From assembly GCA_028534125.1 (NCBI GenBank), contig CM052817.1, positions 20,648,001-20,712,000 of the forward strand: a stretch of 64,000 nucleotides of DNA, read 5' to 3'. Each line of letters opens with the position of its first letter. The stretch's first letter is position 1. The translations under genes and the position numbers were made by a program. Shown here in pieces: positions 24,447 through 36,692 of this stretch. This DNA is from Lama glama (taxonomy: Eukaryota). Below the pieces are notes generated by a model. The model saw only the letters and a program-made list of their open reading frames with translations, was not told where the DNA came from and did no database searches.

Positions 24447-25521
24447 CCATCCAGCATGAAAAGGCATAAGGCAGGCATGAAAGGATCTCCAGAGCTTGCT
24501 TGTCCGCCCGCCACAGGCTCCCAGGGAGGTTCAACAGTGGGACTTTGCCACTCTCTGAAGAGATAGGAAGTAAATAAAGGGAAACATTTCAATGAGCAGC
24601 AAAAATCAATGAAGCAGACTGATCCAGTGTTGCTTCATTGATTTCTCCCACTTGAGCTGCTCATTGAGTCCTGTTTGCTAGTCATTGGAGATCATTTTCT
24701 TCCTTTTCCTTTTATTGACCTGCTCTGAACTCCCAAGCCCTTCACTACGCTTTTGGCCCTAATTGTGACTGCCAATTTTAGTTTTAACTGATCAACTTAT
24801 TGACCAGAGTAAGGAGCCAGCATTCGAACGTTTTTAGAACTCTCCCTATAAATGGCATTTCAGCACCCACTAAAAGCTTTCAGAGCCTCATCTCTCAAAA
24901 TACTTCAGAACTCAAGGATTTTGTGAAACCTTCCTCAGTAAGAAACACAAAGGAGGAACCCTTGTCTTTCTCCCCAGGCACAATAATGGATGGACCACAC
25001 AGCTTGTCATTACAGGAGTGTTTCCAACCAGACAAGTTTTTTCTGTGTGATTGTGAAGTATTTCAGTAGGTAATCCCATGCAAAGTGTTTGAGAATGTGT
25101 TTTAAACATGGCCATAGCACTAGAATAATCATATAGTTTCTTAGGATCACTACGTTGAAGGGGAAGATGAATGGCTACTATGATTTTTGCCACATTAAGA
25201 AAAAAATACATTACTTTAGTAAATCTGAATTGGTAGAATTTGCTCCCATGCAAAAAATAATCATATTATATTACAACTCTACTTCACACATGATTTGAAC
25301 TTTAACATAGTATATTTTAGACTTTCACATAAATACATAGAAAATCCTTATACCACATTATGGCCACTGCAATGATTCTCTTCTTTTTAAAACATCCCCA
25401 AATACCAAATTAATTTGTTTCGGTATTTAACATATTCACATTAAGTGTTTAGATATTAAATATCAGCCACTTATTATAGGAGCTGTTTTATAACTTCTTA
25501 CTTAAAAAAAAGTTTTATCAT

Positions 25522-25796
25522 GAGGGAACCTCATACACTGTTGGTAGGAATGTAAATTGGTGCAACCACTATGGAAAACAGTATGCAGTCTCCTTGAAAA
25601 ACTAAAAAATAGAACTAGCATATGATTCATCTATCCCACTCCTGGACGTATATCCAGAAAAGATGAACACTCTAAAGCTGAAATGATACACGCATTTCAA
25701 TGTTCACAGTGGCATTATTTATAGTAGCCAAGACATGGAAGCAACCTAAATGTCTATCAACAGATGAATGGATAAAGAAGATGTGGTATATATTTA

Positions 25797-25830
<34 letters not shown>

Positions 25831-26396
25831 ATATAATATATATATATGTATATAATTATATATACGTATATGTATATATATGTATATATATTATATATTA
25901 TATATACGTATATAAATATATATGTATATATATTATATATATATAGTGAAATACTACTTGGCCACAAAAAGAATGAAATATTGCCATTTGCAGCAACATG
26001 GATGGACCTGGAAATTATCATATGAATGAAGTAAGTCAGACAAAGGTAAATATTAAGTGATATCACTTCTATTTGGAATCTAAAAAATAATACACATGAA
26101 TTTTTTTACAAAACAGAAACAGACTCACAGACATAGAAAAACAAACTTATGGTTACCAAAGGGGAAAGGTGGGGGGATAAATTAGGAGTATGAGATTAAC
26201 AGTTATGTTCCATTAAATATTAAATAGGTAAACAACAAGGACCTACTGTATAGCTCAGGGAACTAGATCCAATATCTTGTAATAATCTATAATGGAAAAG
26301 AATCTGAAAAAAACATATATATATATAAAACTGAATCACTTTGCTGTATACCTGAAACTAACACAATGTTATAAATCAACAATACTTCAATGAAAA
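25522..26396 (+). mobile_element. L1 fragment (ORF2 3' end plus 3'UTR), laurasiatherian type
   Basis: gggaacctcatacactgttggtaggaatgtaaattggtgcaaccactatggaaaacag...acagatgaatggataaagaagatgtgg...ccatttgcagcaacatggatggacctgga...tacttcaatgaaaa. Contains an internal (GT)n(TA)n expansion at 25796-25945. Confidence 0.93.
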
Positions 26397-27334
26397 GTGC
26401 TTTATATGAGAGGAAAGAAGATTTGAGAACATATGTTGTAATGTTTTTTTCAGCTTCCCTTTTTTCAGTCTTTTTACCTGTATAGAATTATATGTTATAT
26501 GGAGAAGCAGAGATAAAATGGGCACTGCCTTCAAGACTACAATCCAAAAATAATATTCTTACAGTTAATAAAGCCTGTATATATTATTTTTAGAATAAAT
26601 ATTCATCCCTAAAGACAATATTGGTATTTATTGTAGGATATATATTTTACAACTTTATAGCCAATATTGAAAACTTTGAAGATTTGACATCGTTCCTAGA
26701 AGGTGACTCTAAATTGATACTTGCAACTCTCTCAGAAGCACCCACTTCACACTTTACAGTAAAACCAATATATAGTGGCTAACACATTTGATTAACTTAA
26801 AAAACTCATCTGGATCATTATTATTTTGTATAAATTTCCTTAATGACAAGAATTCATCAACTCTTCTCCCTTCTCATGGTGAGTGAAGATCCAGTTTGCT
26901 GGCAGTTCAAGACATTGGTGCAAATATCGGACGAAGGTTTTAGTAAAGAAAACTACATTTTAAATTGGTGATCACCGATCAGTAAAATCCACCCCCAAGC
27001 ATTAATCTGCTATTAATACAAAGTCTTATAAATCATTAAGGGTTTTTAGATTTGGGTATTTACATGACCTGCCTACAATATTAACATAATCAAACCTAAA
27101 TTATTTTCCTTACTTCTAAATATGTGTTTCATAATTTGTTTTTTTGTTTGTTTATTTTAACCCCTTCTGTCACTGTTTGAATGGCAATTTATTTGCCCCA
27201 TGTAAATTTCTATTTTTCAAGGATGGATGTACATTTGTTAAATATTTCTTAACCTTTGATTACAACTCAAAGGGAAAAAAAAGTGAGTTAAAAAATACAC
27301 CCTTCTTTCTTCCATCCACCAGAATGTTGGAAGT

Positions 27335-27465
27335 ATGCAGTGACCCTAACTCTGATATCTTGAACACCACTGAAATTTTATGCCAATTTTGTGGGCACAT
27401 ATCTGCATTTATGTAGAGAGACAGTACGTCTAGCTTCCATTAGATTATTAAAGTCTATGATACTG
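27335..27465. mobile_element. Degenerate hAT-Charlie-type MITE fragment
   Basis: ctgaaattttatgccaattttgtg...gcatttatgtagagag...tagcttccattagatt resembles the reverse orientation of the element at ~4.3 kb. Confidence 0.35.
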
Positions 27466-28424
27466 GAAGCAACTTGTTTCTAATAGAAGGAAACCCAGGA
27501 GACTAGAAGAAACATTATGAAGGCTTTGATCGTTGCAGTGGAAAAATACACGTGCATGGCTCACACTATCAAAACTGGGTCTATTTGCAGTGGGTAATCA
27601 ATTGCTAACTTGTGTAATAAATGTCCCCAGTCTCTTACTGGGTTTGATAAATTCTTGTGATCAGTATCAGAGCATCTTCTCATTTCCAGCACCTTCTCTC
27701 TTTTCATTCTCCCTTAATACTCCCTTAACCTCCAGTGCCTCTAATTTTGCATTCATGAAGAGGGAAGTCAAAATGAAGCCCCATCTCTGATGTGCAGAAA
27801 TGCATGACTCTCCAGCAGTCACCATACATTTTTCTGCCGTCGTGCAGTTTTCACTTGCCAACCAGCAGATTCATGTTTGAGTTGATTCAGCAGGACTGCT
27901 TGAGACCTGGCGAGCCCAGTCTCCACTGCATATGATAATACCACATTCAGAATGACAGTGGTCTAAGCCTCAGGGCAGGAAATGCTTCTTGAGATTCATT
28001 CAATTGATGTTTAACTGAATTTAGCCTAAGGTACGAGAAAAGTTGCTGATGCTTTCAAACATGTTTAAACATTTAAATATTGTCTTGGCGTGTCAGCCTG
28101 AACTAGAGCACTCCTAGGTGAAAAATGCAGTGAAATCCTGTAATTACAGGACCAGAAATTCCAGAGCTTTCAATGGGGGTCCTCTGCTTGAACTTCTTAA
28201 TTAAACATGCTTACATTCCTGACAATGTTTGTACTTTCCACAGTATTGGTCAGTTTGTTGCCCATGATAAGAAGGCATAAAAGAAATAGAATATATTGTT
28301 TCCAGATCTCAGGCTGTCGTTTGATTTATTGCAGATAATAAAATACGTCCACGATCATGATCTCAGTGATCGATTGCTGCATCAAGGCTCTCCCCCTACC
28401 CTCTCAACAAACAAACAAAAACAA

Positions 28425-28850
28425 ACAAATATAACTTAGGAACGTCAGACAACAAAGACTGGTTACTTTCCATATTTCTGTGGATTGGCTCTGTGGCTCT
28501 TCTGTGAGTTTTTCCAGGTCCCCCATGGGCTGCATTCACCTGGGGAGCTCTGCTGGGCCAGCTGAGATAGCTGAGTCTCGCTCTCAAATAGTGTTTCATC
28601 TTCTAAGAGGTTAGACCACGCTTTCTCTCAGGATGGAGATCGCAGGCTTCTCAGGGCAAAAGCAGACGCTGCCAGGACTCTTGAGACCTATCCTGGAAAT
28701 TACACAGTATCACTCCGCTCATGAAAGCCAGCCCAGCCTCAAGGGCTTGAGAAATAGAGGCTTGGCAGTAGGTGCAGTGATGACACATTCCGAAGAGGTG
28801 TGCATAAGAAGGTGAGAGGAATTTCTGGCTTAGTTTGCAACTTAAAACAA
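28425..28850 (-). mobile_element. Old MaLR LTR (MLT1H/J-like)
   Basis: atttctgtggattggctc...gctgcattcacctgg...tggaaattacacagtatcactccgc...aagccagcccag are typical MLT1 blocks. Confidence 0.6.
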
Positions 28851-29420
28851 GCATCTCCATACGTCATGAAATCTGCATAGCTTGTATGCTAAATGGCTTT
28901 TATGTTTTATTTTAGTTTACTATTACTATTTTTTTTTTTTTGATGTCGAAGAGCACACTGTATTCAAGGTATTTGCTTTGCTTTTTGTTCTCTTTCCTTG
29001 ATTTTCAGTCTCTTAGTCTTAGGTTATCTTATTCCTAATTTTTGACATCTTTAAAATGGAGCTCTTTTATATGTTGTAGCCCATGCAGGCAAAGCAAGAT
29101 GGCAGCATCTTTGGGGCAAGTCTCTTTCAAGTCAAAATGACTGTGAGGTTGATCTGTTTCGATTATAAAGATAATTGCAAATAACAGAGCATTTGCCCTT
29201 CAGTTTTGAGCAACTGTAATGACACATACTGAATGAATCTTCTCTGGCAAAAGTCTTAATAAAGAAGTGTTGGGGATGTCTGAAACAGAGTGATCAGTGA
29301 CCACTGTATTTTCCTACGTAGATGGTAGCTCTGGTATATTGCAGACTCTGTCAGCATAAATCCATTAGTACTACTGGAAAAGTAACTCAAAATACATTCT
29401 TTCTTGATTGATAACTGCTG

Positions 29421-29735
29421 CTAAGTCCACAGTATGTTATCTGAAACCCTTGGGTACAAATACATCTTAAAATTCAGAATCCATCATTTACTAGAAAAGG
29501 TAATATCATGCATGTATATTATTTTAAAGATCTAAGAGTCTGAGAAAGTGCCCTTAATTAAACACTTTTTTTCCTGTAAAACATATAAATACTCACACTA
29601 TGTGAGATAAATAAAAAGGAAAAATAACCTTGTATTGAAGGTCAGATTTGTTGTAAATTTATGGGGGAAAAAAACACTTTGGGTTTTCAAAGCTTTTTTT
29701 GAGGACTGAATTATGGATAAGGGATTGTGCACCTG
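29421..29735. mobile_element. TcMar-Tigger-type MITE
   Basis: Imperfect terminal inverted repeats: taagtccacagtatgttatc at the left and ggataagggattgtgcacctg at the right. Confidence 0.55.
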
Positions 29736-29741
29736 AAAAAT

Positions 29742-29965
29742 ATCTAATGTTTATTGAAGGCCTATTGTGCGTCAGGAATTATTGCAAACACTCTTCCTAT
29801 GTTAATGTATTTAATCCTCACAATAATCCTAAGAAGTTAATTCATTCTTCTGTCCCTTATAAGGACGAAGAAATTTAAATTAATCAAGTAACTTGTTCAA
29901 AGGTACATATTAAGTGACAAAGTTAGGATATGAATCCACGGATCTTGGCTTTGGAGCCTATTCAG
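29742..29965 (-). mobile_element. MIR SINE
   Basis: taatgtttattgaaggcctattgtgcgtcagg...atttaatcctcacaataatcctaagaag...aagtaacttgttcaaagg. Confidence 0.75.
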
Positions 29966-30057
29966 TTCATTTCCATTTCATTCATGGAAGACTCCAGACA
30001 GAAAAAAACACAAACAAAAACAAAAAACTACTTTTTAAATCTCTCCAAGCGCTACCA

Positions 30058-30255
30058 CCAGCTATTTACCTAAATTCTACACTGCACAGACACCATGCTC
30101 TAAACTTCATACACATTAACTCTTTATCCCCATAATACATGGAGGAGTGGGTATCATTATGTTGCAGACGAGGTGCTCGAGGCTTAGAGAGGCTCAGAGA
30201 AAGTATGTCCAAGGTCACACAGCGTATACGTGACGGGCCCAGAGTCACATTCAGC
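30058..30255 (-). mobile_element. MIR SINE
   Basis: cagacaccatgctctaaacttcatacacattaactc...gaggcttagagagg...tccaaggtcacacagc. Confidence 0.7.
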
Positions 30256-30402
30256 ACTGTTGATACTCCCAGTCTCCTGTCCTTTTCCCGAGTTCCACTC
30301 TCCCTTGAGGGAAGCGCTCAGGAGATACAGATGAGACTGAAATAAGGGTTGGTTCATAGGTGATCCTTATATCTTCTTCTAATTGGTTGGATCAAGTGAT
30401 TT

Positions 30403-31027
30403 TGTTGCCAGTGATTAAGTTCTTATCTCACTGCAGAAATAATCCAGAGGTGGAGGTTAAGAAGGTAAAGGGGGATTTATTAAGGGATGGGTAGTCCGCT
30501 CCCAAGGGGACAGCGGGCAGGCTCAGGTGAGCAACTGCCCTGAGTTTCTTTGGCAAGTTGGTCACATGGCGTGTAAAAATGAATGGGTGGAATATTCGCT
30601 GGGGAGGGAAGGGTTTGGGGTTTTTTCCCTGAGTTGTATCCCAACTCCACCTTCCTGAAGGGAAGAGGAATTTTTGCCCCTATTTAGTCTGGATCAGAAG
30701 TGTCGTGGCATTGCTGCATGATGGGCACCTCTAATGTGCAAGACTAATTTTATTAAAATGAGGGCATAATGAGCAAAAGGTTACATTCCGATACTGGGGA
30801 TTCCTACTTTTCCCCCCTTTCCTTGTCAGCCTCCAGGCCACTTGTCACCCCAAGATGCGTCACTGCTTATCAGCCTAGAAGTTCTTTCTCTGCCCAGGGA
30901 CCCCTGTAGTCTATATGATGTATGGTTTCCTGTATTTGGCCTGTGCCCCTCCTTTTTTGCCCAACTTCCACCGTTTGTCCTGAGTCCCCTTTCTCTGCTT
31001 ATATCTAGCTATCTGCCTGCTCTAACA
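30403..31027 (-). mobile_element. ERV1-type solo LTR (625 bp)
   Basis: TG...CA termini (tgttgcca...tctaaca) and a 4-bp TSD ATTT (30399-30402 and 31028-31031). Minus-strand AATAAA at 30476-30481 lies near the LTR 3' end. GC-richer than the flanks. Confidence 0.8.
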
Positions 31028-34000
31028 ATTTTGTGATAAACTAAAACACTATTTAGGAAACTTAACCCCTTTGTTGTAGCCCTGGGTAACGCTTACTTGC
31101 ATAACTGTAAATTTCCCCAAGCTTTTGGATATTTAGAGGATCACAGACTGCTTGTCTGAGTCAGTGATTTCTACCTTCTCCATGATCTGCTATGTGCTTA
31201 CCTTTCTAATCTTCCTAAATCCCTCAGTCAAAAGGTGGGAATCTTTAGGTCATTTATTTAAAAAAAAAAAAGCCAAGTCTAACTCAGTACACACTTCTGG
31301 ATCTCATCTGCTCACACCTGAACTTAACTGACTACAATAATAGTTTTCCAATAAAAAGTTGTATTTAATCATTTTTTTCCTCAGGTCTATTATATAAGGC
31401 AAAAATAAATCATTTTCTGACAGCTATTTTAAAATAAAGCACTTGATTTAATCATCCGAGTGAAAGAGATATTTTCATTTGGATTAAAGAAAATAAAGGT
31501 AATGTTAAAATACTTGTTGGAAAATCAACAAAATTTGTCTTTCTTATTTTTGTTCATCCTTCTGTAAAACCCTTTCATAGTCCACCAGATTCCACCAGAA
31601 TTAGGTGTATCTCTAGAAAAAGAAATCTTCTGATAACAGGAAGTCAAGATGTATACAAAGAAAAATAAACACCTGAAAAAGAAAAAAAGGGAAAAGTTGC
31701 CTATATGTGCTTTTTTCTCTCCTGAAGAAGAGAGTAACACAATTTTTATTTGCAAAATTTTGTCAAATACTGTTAAGAATGTGCTAAGTGCACAAGAAAG
31801 ACATGAATGTCTGAGATGTCTACACACTGATTAACAATCCATTTATCTCATGGGGTCAGGGAATTAAGTAATTTGTATATTAAAGAAAGAAGCAATTATG
31901 CATATAGCTTTAAATATCTGAGCTTAAGACAAACAAAAGAAAAGCTCATTAGAAGTGTTTTAAAACTAAGGGCAACATTTTCATGCCTTCTTTTAGGAAA
32001 TGGAAATATCCTTGTATCTTCCAGCCCCAAACCCGGAAAAGAGTCCGTGATCAGGATTCTGGCAAAAGGCGTAACTCAGTCTATCAAAATCTTTACTGGC
32101 GCAGAGCTGTCTTTAAGAGCCTTAATGATTCCAGGACTCTCCTATAATAACTGATGCCTCTAAGCTTTCTGGATGGTGTAGGACAGCTTCTGGAAACTTC
32201 AAATGCCTCCGTAAATCTGGGCTTTCCTTTTTACTTCTAATGATGCCACGTATTGTCTATTACTTCTTGCTGAGGTCGCTGTAACAGCATCTCACCACCA
32301 CTCATCTACACTGCCTCGTAAGAACAAATGCATTTCATTTTAGAGAAAGAACATGACTTCTTAAATTTGTTATAATTTTCTCCACTTTGGGAAAAGCATA
32401 GTTTTAAGAAGGTTGAATTTTTATTTCATTAAGTAGTAAAATGGGTGACTTTGTGGCATCTGTTTCCCGGGTTGCTCAGATAATTTTTTTTTCTATTTCT
32501 TTGAAGATTGTAGCCTTTCCTTACGGCTTTGGGTAGCAGTAACTGACCTCTAAATAACCCTGCTGTTACATTTTAAGAAGGAGTGAGATGCTGTTATGGG
32601 AAACACTGAAGTGAAAGTCATAACACTTGCTCTTTGGCCTCAGCTCTCTGAGAGTCTGGACCCCTCACTGCTTCCATCCTCCTTACTGGTGGGTTGAGGT
32701 GATAAGTAAAAGGGATGAAGTGTGGGGAAGTATTTTATATATTATAACTTGTTTGCTTATGACAGCTTTAAACCATGTGCTTTCAAGAGGGAAACTAACA
32801 TTATCTCTATGAAAGGACTTCAACTTTTCAGAGTGATGTAATGTTTCTAGTAAATAGCATAACCAGGTGAAAATGGAAAACTCTGCAATTAATGCTAAAG
32901 CGACAACAGGATCTGATGAATACTACTTGCAGTTTTCTCAAGATTTGATCTGACTGTGTGTGTGCGTCATGTGTCGGGGGACCTCTAAGGAGCTGACTTT
33001 GTTATGGAAAATACTGCTGGAGAGTTGCATTATATTTCAATAAGAACATTTTACTTTTTGAATTGATTTACTCAATACCAACTGAAAAGGGTTGTGATTA
33101 ACTGTTTTCCGTTTTCACTAAAGTTAAAAATTCAACGGACGAGTACTCAACTAAAGTGTGATATAATGTTCTTAGGTATCAAAAACACATCCTTCAAGGA
33201 AAGACTGAAAGACTCAGAGGGATTAAAATGGAAGATCTGCTTTTATAATCCCACAACAAATGGAATATTTTAAGAGTCTATCATTTATGGAAGGGAGAAA
33301 GATGTGTATCTGACGATTCTGTAAGACCCTATGTAACTTCTCTGTTTTAAAAAATGTATAACATCTACTTGCAGAATTAAAATAAGAAAGTACAGAAACA
33401 CAGAAAAGTACTATTCCACTCATGCCTTCCCTTAATAGGTTGCATCATAATATAAATTGCATTTGTTAATCATTGGCATTTCTTTTGAGGATTCATTTGA
33501 CTCATCAAGGTTGGAAGTTTTGATTGCTTGTGATGAATCTCTTATAGCCTTTCTTGATTATTTTCTAAATTTGATGACAAACACTGCAACATGTCTCAGC
33601 CAATTAGGCTTGTCAACTTCTACTGTGGTCCCCAATCAAGTCTTTGACTTTGGAAATGACAAGAGATCCTTATTAAAAGTCAAGCTTCTTGGATAGAGAT
33701 GTGGCAGGCCATATGTGGCTGATGGCAGAGAAGACGAGCTGCCTTTCATTAAAAGCAATTATAGGAAACCAGTTTTAGCAGGCAATAATCCAGACTATGA
33801 AGTAAAGGCTGAGGGAAGGAATTGAAGATTATCTCACTCCTAGGTAATTGGAAATTTAGTCAATCTCTATGAATATAATATTTTATGAGCTATAGGAAAT
33901 TCAGGTACACAAGTTAAGGATAGCAGGTAAGAAGAGGTGCTAGAGTCTTCATATAGGTCTATCAGCTCTTTCTAAATGCATCTCAAAGAAAGAAAAAAAG

Positions 34001-36285
34001 TGCCAAGAATTTCAAACCAGAAACACAGATTAATCCCCGAAAAGCAGCAACCTGTGTAAGTCATTGTATAAGGAAACTGTCACATTGTTTGATACTTAAG
34101 TAAACTGAGAGATGATGGGAGACCTTTCTGGGTCCCTTCAGCAGGGAATGACAATTACGTTCTTAGAGATTTTTCCTATTTTGGTAGCTAAATTTCTGAT
34201 TATTGTCTTGTGTCCTTGGTAGGCACTGTTATAAGAGAAAAAGAAAAGTTTGAACTTGTTAAAGCAGTAAAGAAAAAAAAAAGGAATGTTTGGAATACAA
34301 TGTAGATCTCATCTTACACTCTGCATTTTTATAAAGTTTTTCTTTCTTCCTGTTCAAAACATTTAGGTCAGCTTCAAATATGCAAAGTATCCCAAGATCG
34401 GAAATATTCCCAAAGAACTTAGTTTGCTGAGTTAAACTAACTAGATTACAAAGCCATTCATAAAATTTGTCAATAGTTTGATTTTTTTTAATGTATCTCA
34501 AATATGTGCTTGAGAGACAGAAGGAATTTAGCATAAAAAGTAAATAGGAAAGTGCCTTTCATTTTTCTTTTGATGATAAAATTGATAGGATCCTCCCAAC
34601 TGAGAGTCAAGTAGCAACATGTACAACTACATAAATAATTATTTTTGTATTTTACCTTTGGAAAAGAGAAAAATAATTCTAGATTTCCTGTGAAGAACAC
34701 TGGCATTTCCTTGCTGAACTCTGAGCACACAGCATAAAAATCTCTGGCCACAGTGGTTCAAAAAATCAATGGGCTGACAAATAACAATACTTCAGTTATC
34801 CATCCATCACTGAAAAATAAAGATGCAATGTTGGACTGGCTTGATTTAGAAACTTTGGCAAAGTAAAAGTTCTAAAATATACTACACAAATGGTAACCAA
34901 ATAGGAAAATCATTAGAAACTACAGTGGATGGTGTGTGGAGACAAAAGCAGAGGGTGTAACTATATTGGGAATAATTTAAATTACCCTCTCTTCTATTTT
35001 AAACCAAATCTACCCAGGATGCATTTGCAAATCTAATTGATTTCATTTGTTGTGAATATATTTGCAGAGGTTAAATTTTGTCAGTCCTTTTAGTCCCAAG
35101 CTTTGCAATAAAATGATACCATATGATACAAATTGGAGCACAGTCATATTATGTTCTTTTGTTTGCCAATAAAAGAAACTATAAAATATGTTAAATAAAA
35201 CCCTAGAGGTTATTTTCTTAGAATCTGTTGAGGTGAAGCAGGTTTTTCTCTCTCTCACTCTCTTTCTCAAAGAAAAACAAAATCTGTTAAAAAATTTTTA
35301 TAATAGAAAATATAAAACTATTCTCCAAAGACAGACACATATATAATGATTTGAATTACGCATACAAGTAAATTTTAACTGCCATCTTTAATCCTGATCC
35401 CTGAGAACTCTCTAGATATAACTTAGCTTTATAAAAATCAAAGACAATTCCACATTCCATTAGGCAACACCATTAATTAGGACATCCCATTTCATCCAAA
35501 TGGTAGACGCTTGCCTCGATTTACCCAATGCATTGCATTTCACATAATATTTCCATTCAGCAAACGCACTGGCAAGTGTATTTCTACATGAACACTCAGG
35601 GGACTATCCTACAGCACATATTAGGTCATTAACACGGTGGGGTGGAGGGGGTGTGGGCTAGGGCGGGTAGGTGGTACTGTCAGTATGCTCACACCTGTAA
35701 TCCACTTGTACTGTGCCTTTTTAAACTTTTGAACCACATAATGTGTTGTCAGTTCAGGTCCTCCTTCTGAATCACCCTGATGTTTTAGAATGTATTTTAA
35801 AATATAAGATTTTGCATATTTGCATTCTATGAATAATGTATAAGCAGGAAGGAATCCAATTGGCAAAGGTACACGATTTCTGGGATAATTTATAAATCCA
35901 GAAAATTATCTATTTGGGTTTAATAACTTTTCTTCTGCATGTGAAAAAATTTATACCTATACAAATAGACACACATACTTTATTTCTACTTGAGAGTACA
36001 CACACGTCCCTGTCCTGTAACAAATGCATATATACCTGTCTGTTCTACAGACTTAAATTTTATCTGTCCATTCCTCTCTTTCTATAATATGTGATGCTTT
36101 TGCAAAGCCTTATCTTTAATGGCTGTGAAATAAAAACTGTTCTGTGGGATGATGAATTGCAGGGTGTTGGGAAAAAAGGGAAATAATATGCTAAAGGAAA
36201 TATATACGTAATATAATATTATATTCATGTATGTCCCCCCTTCCAATTTCATAAAGGTCAGGAAAGCCTTTTGAGAAATGGCCAG

Positions 36286-36315
36286 CTTTAACGGCTCCTT
36301 CTCCTTGGCTTTCAG
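36286..36315 (+). promoter_or_regulatory. PCDH7: 3' splice site of the PCDH7 last intron (branch point, polypyrimidine tract, AG)
   Basis: CTTTAAC branch-like motif at 36286-36292 (putative branch A at 36291), then ctccttctccttggcttt and CAG at 36313-36315. Confidence 0.88.
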
Positions 36316-36692
36316 ATTCAAGACCTCTTCCAGATGTAGCCCTGACCGGGAAGTGTACCCGCGAGTGTGATGAGTACGGCCACTCCGACTCCTGCTGGAT
36401 GCCAGTCCGCACTTCTCCGGAGAGGAAGAAGAGCCAGCCCAAACTCTCCACTTTCATGCCTGTCGATGAACGAGGAAGCCAGGAAAAGCTGGCCAACGGC
36501 GAGGCCGCCATCATGGGCGACCGCAACAGAAACCTCCTGAACAAAAAGTTAACCTCATCCTACGAGACCTTCAGTGCAGCTAGTTTCAGCAAAAATGAGG
36601 AAGCCAACACTGAGGATATTCCCCTTACCAAAACAGGGGAATACAAGCCATCTCCTGTCAACACTCTCACTAGAAGAGAAGTTTACCTGTAG
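36316..36692 (+). CDS. PCDH7: Terminal coding exon of protocadherin-7 (long cytoplasmic-tail isoforms)
   Basis: Acceptor ctccttctccttggctttcAG|AT ends at 36315. After a split codon (xAT) the frame from 36318 reads SRPLPDVALTGKCTRECDEYGHSDSCWMPVRTSPERKKSQPKLSTF...NTLTRREVYL, with TAG at 36690-36692. It contains the delta-protocadherin CM2 motif (CTxECxxxGHSDxCWMP) and the RREVYL terminus I recognise for PCDH7 (PCDH1 ends KREIYL). CpGs are retained here, unlike the flanks. Confidence 0.96.

Larger units (their letters stand above)
1..36315 (+). other. PCDH7: Distal part of the large last intron of PCDH7 (continuity across gaps assumed)
   Basis: No upstream coding exon of PCDH7 is recognisable in the window. 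Delta-1 protocadherins are known to have very large introns between their cytoplasmic exons. Confidence 0.7.

Noticed and set aside
12490..33850. Sense-strand AG|GT junctions as recursive splice sites (e.g. ~12500, ~15365, ~18927, ~33843)
   Set aside because: Donor halves are weak (GTAGCA, GTGAAT, GTAGTA, GTAATT) or the pyrimidine tracts are poor, so they cannot be separated from background.
36191..36544. 117-aa antisense ORF overlapping the PCDH7 exon
   Set aside because: Shadow ORF expected opposite a GC-richer coding exon. It has no recognisable domain and a non-ATG start.
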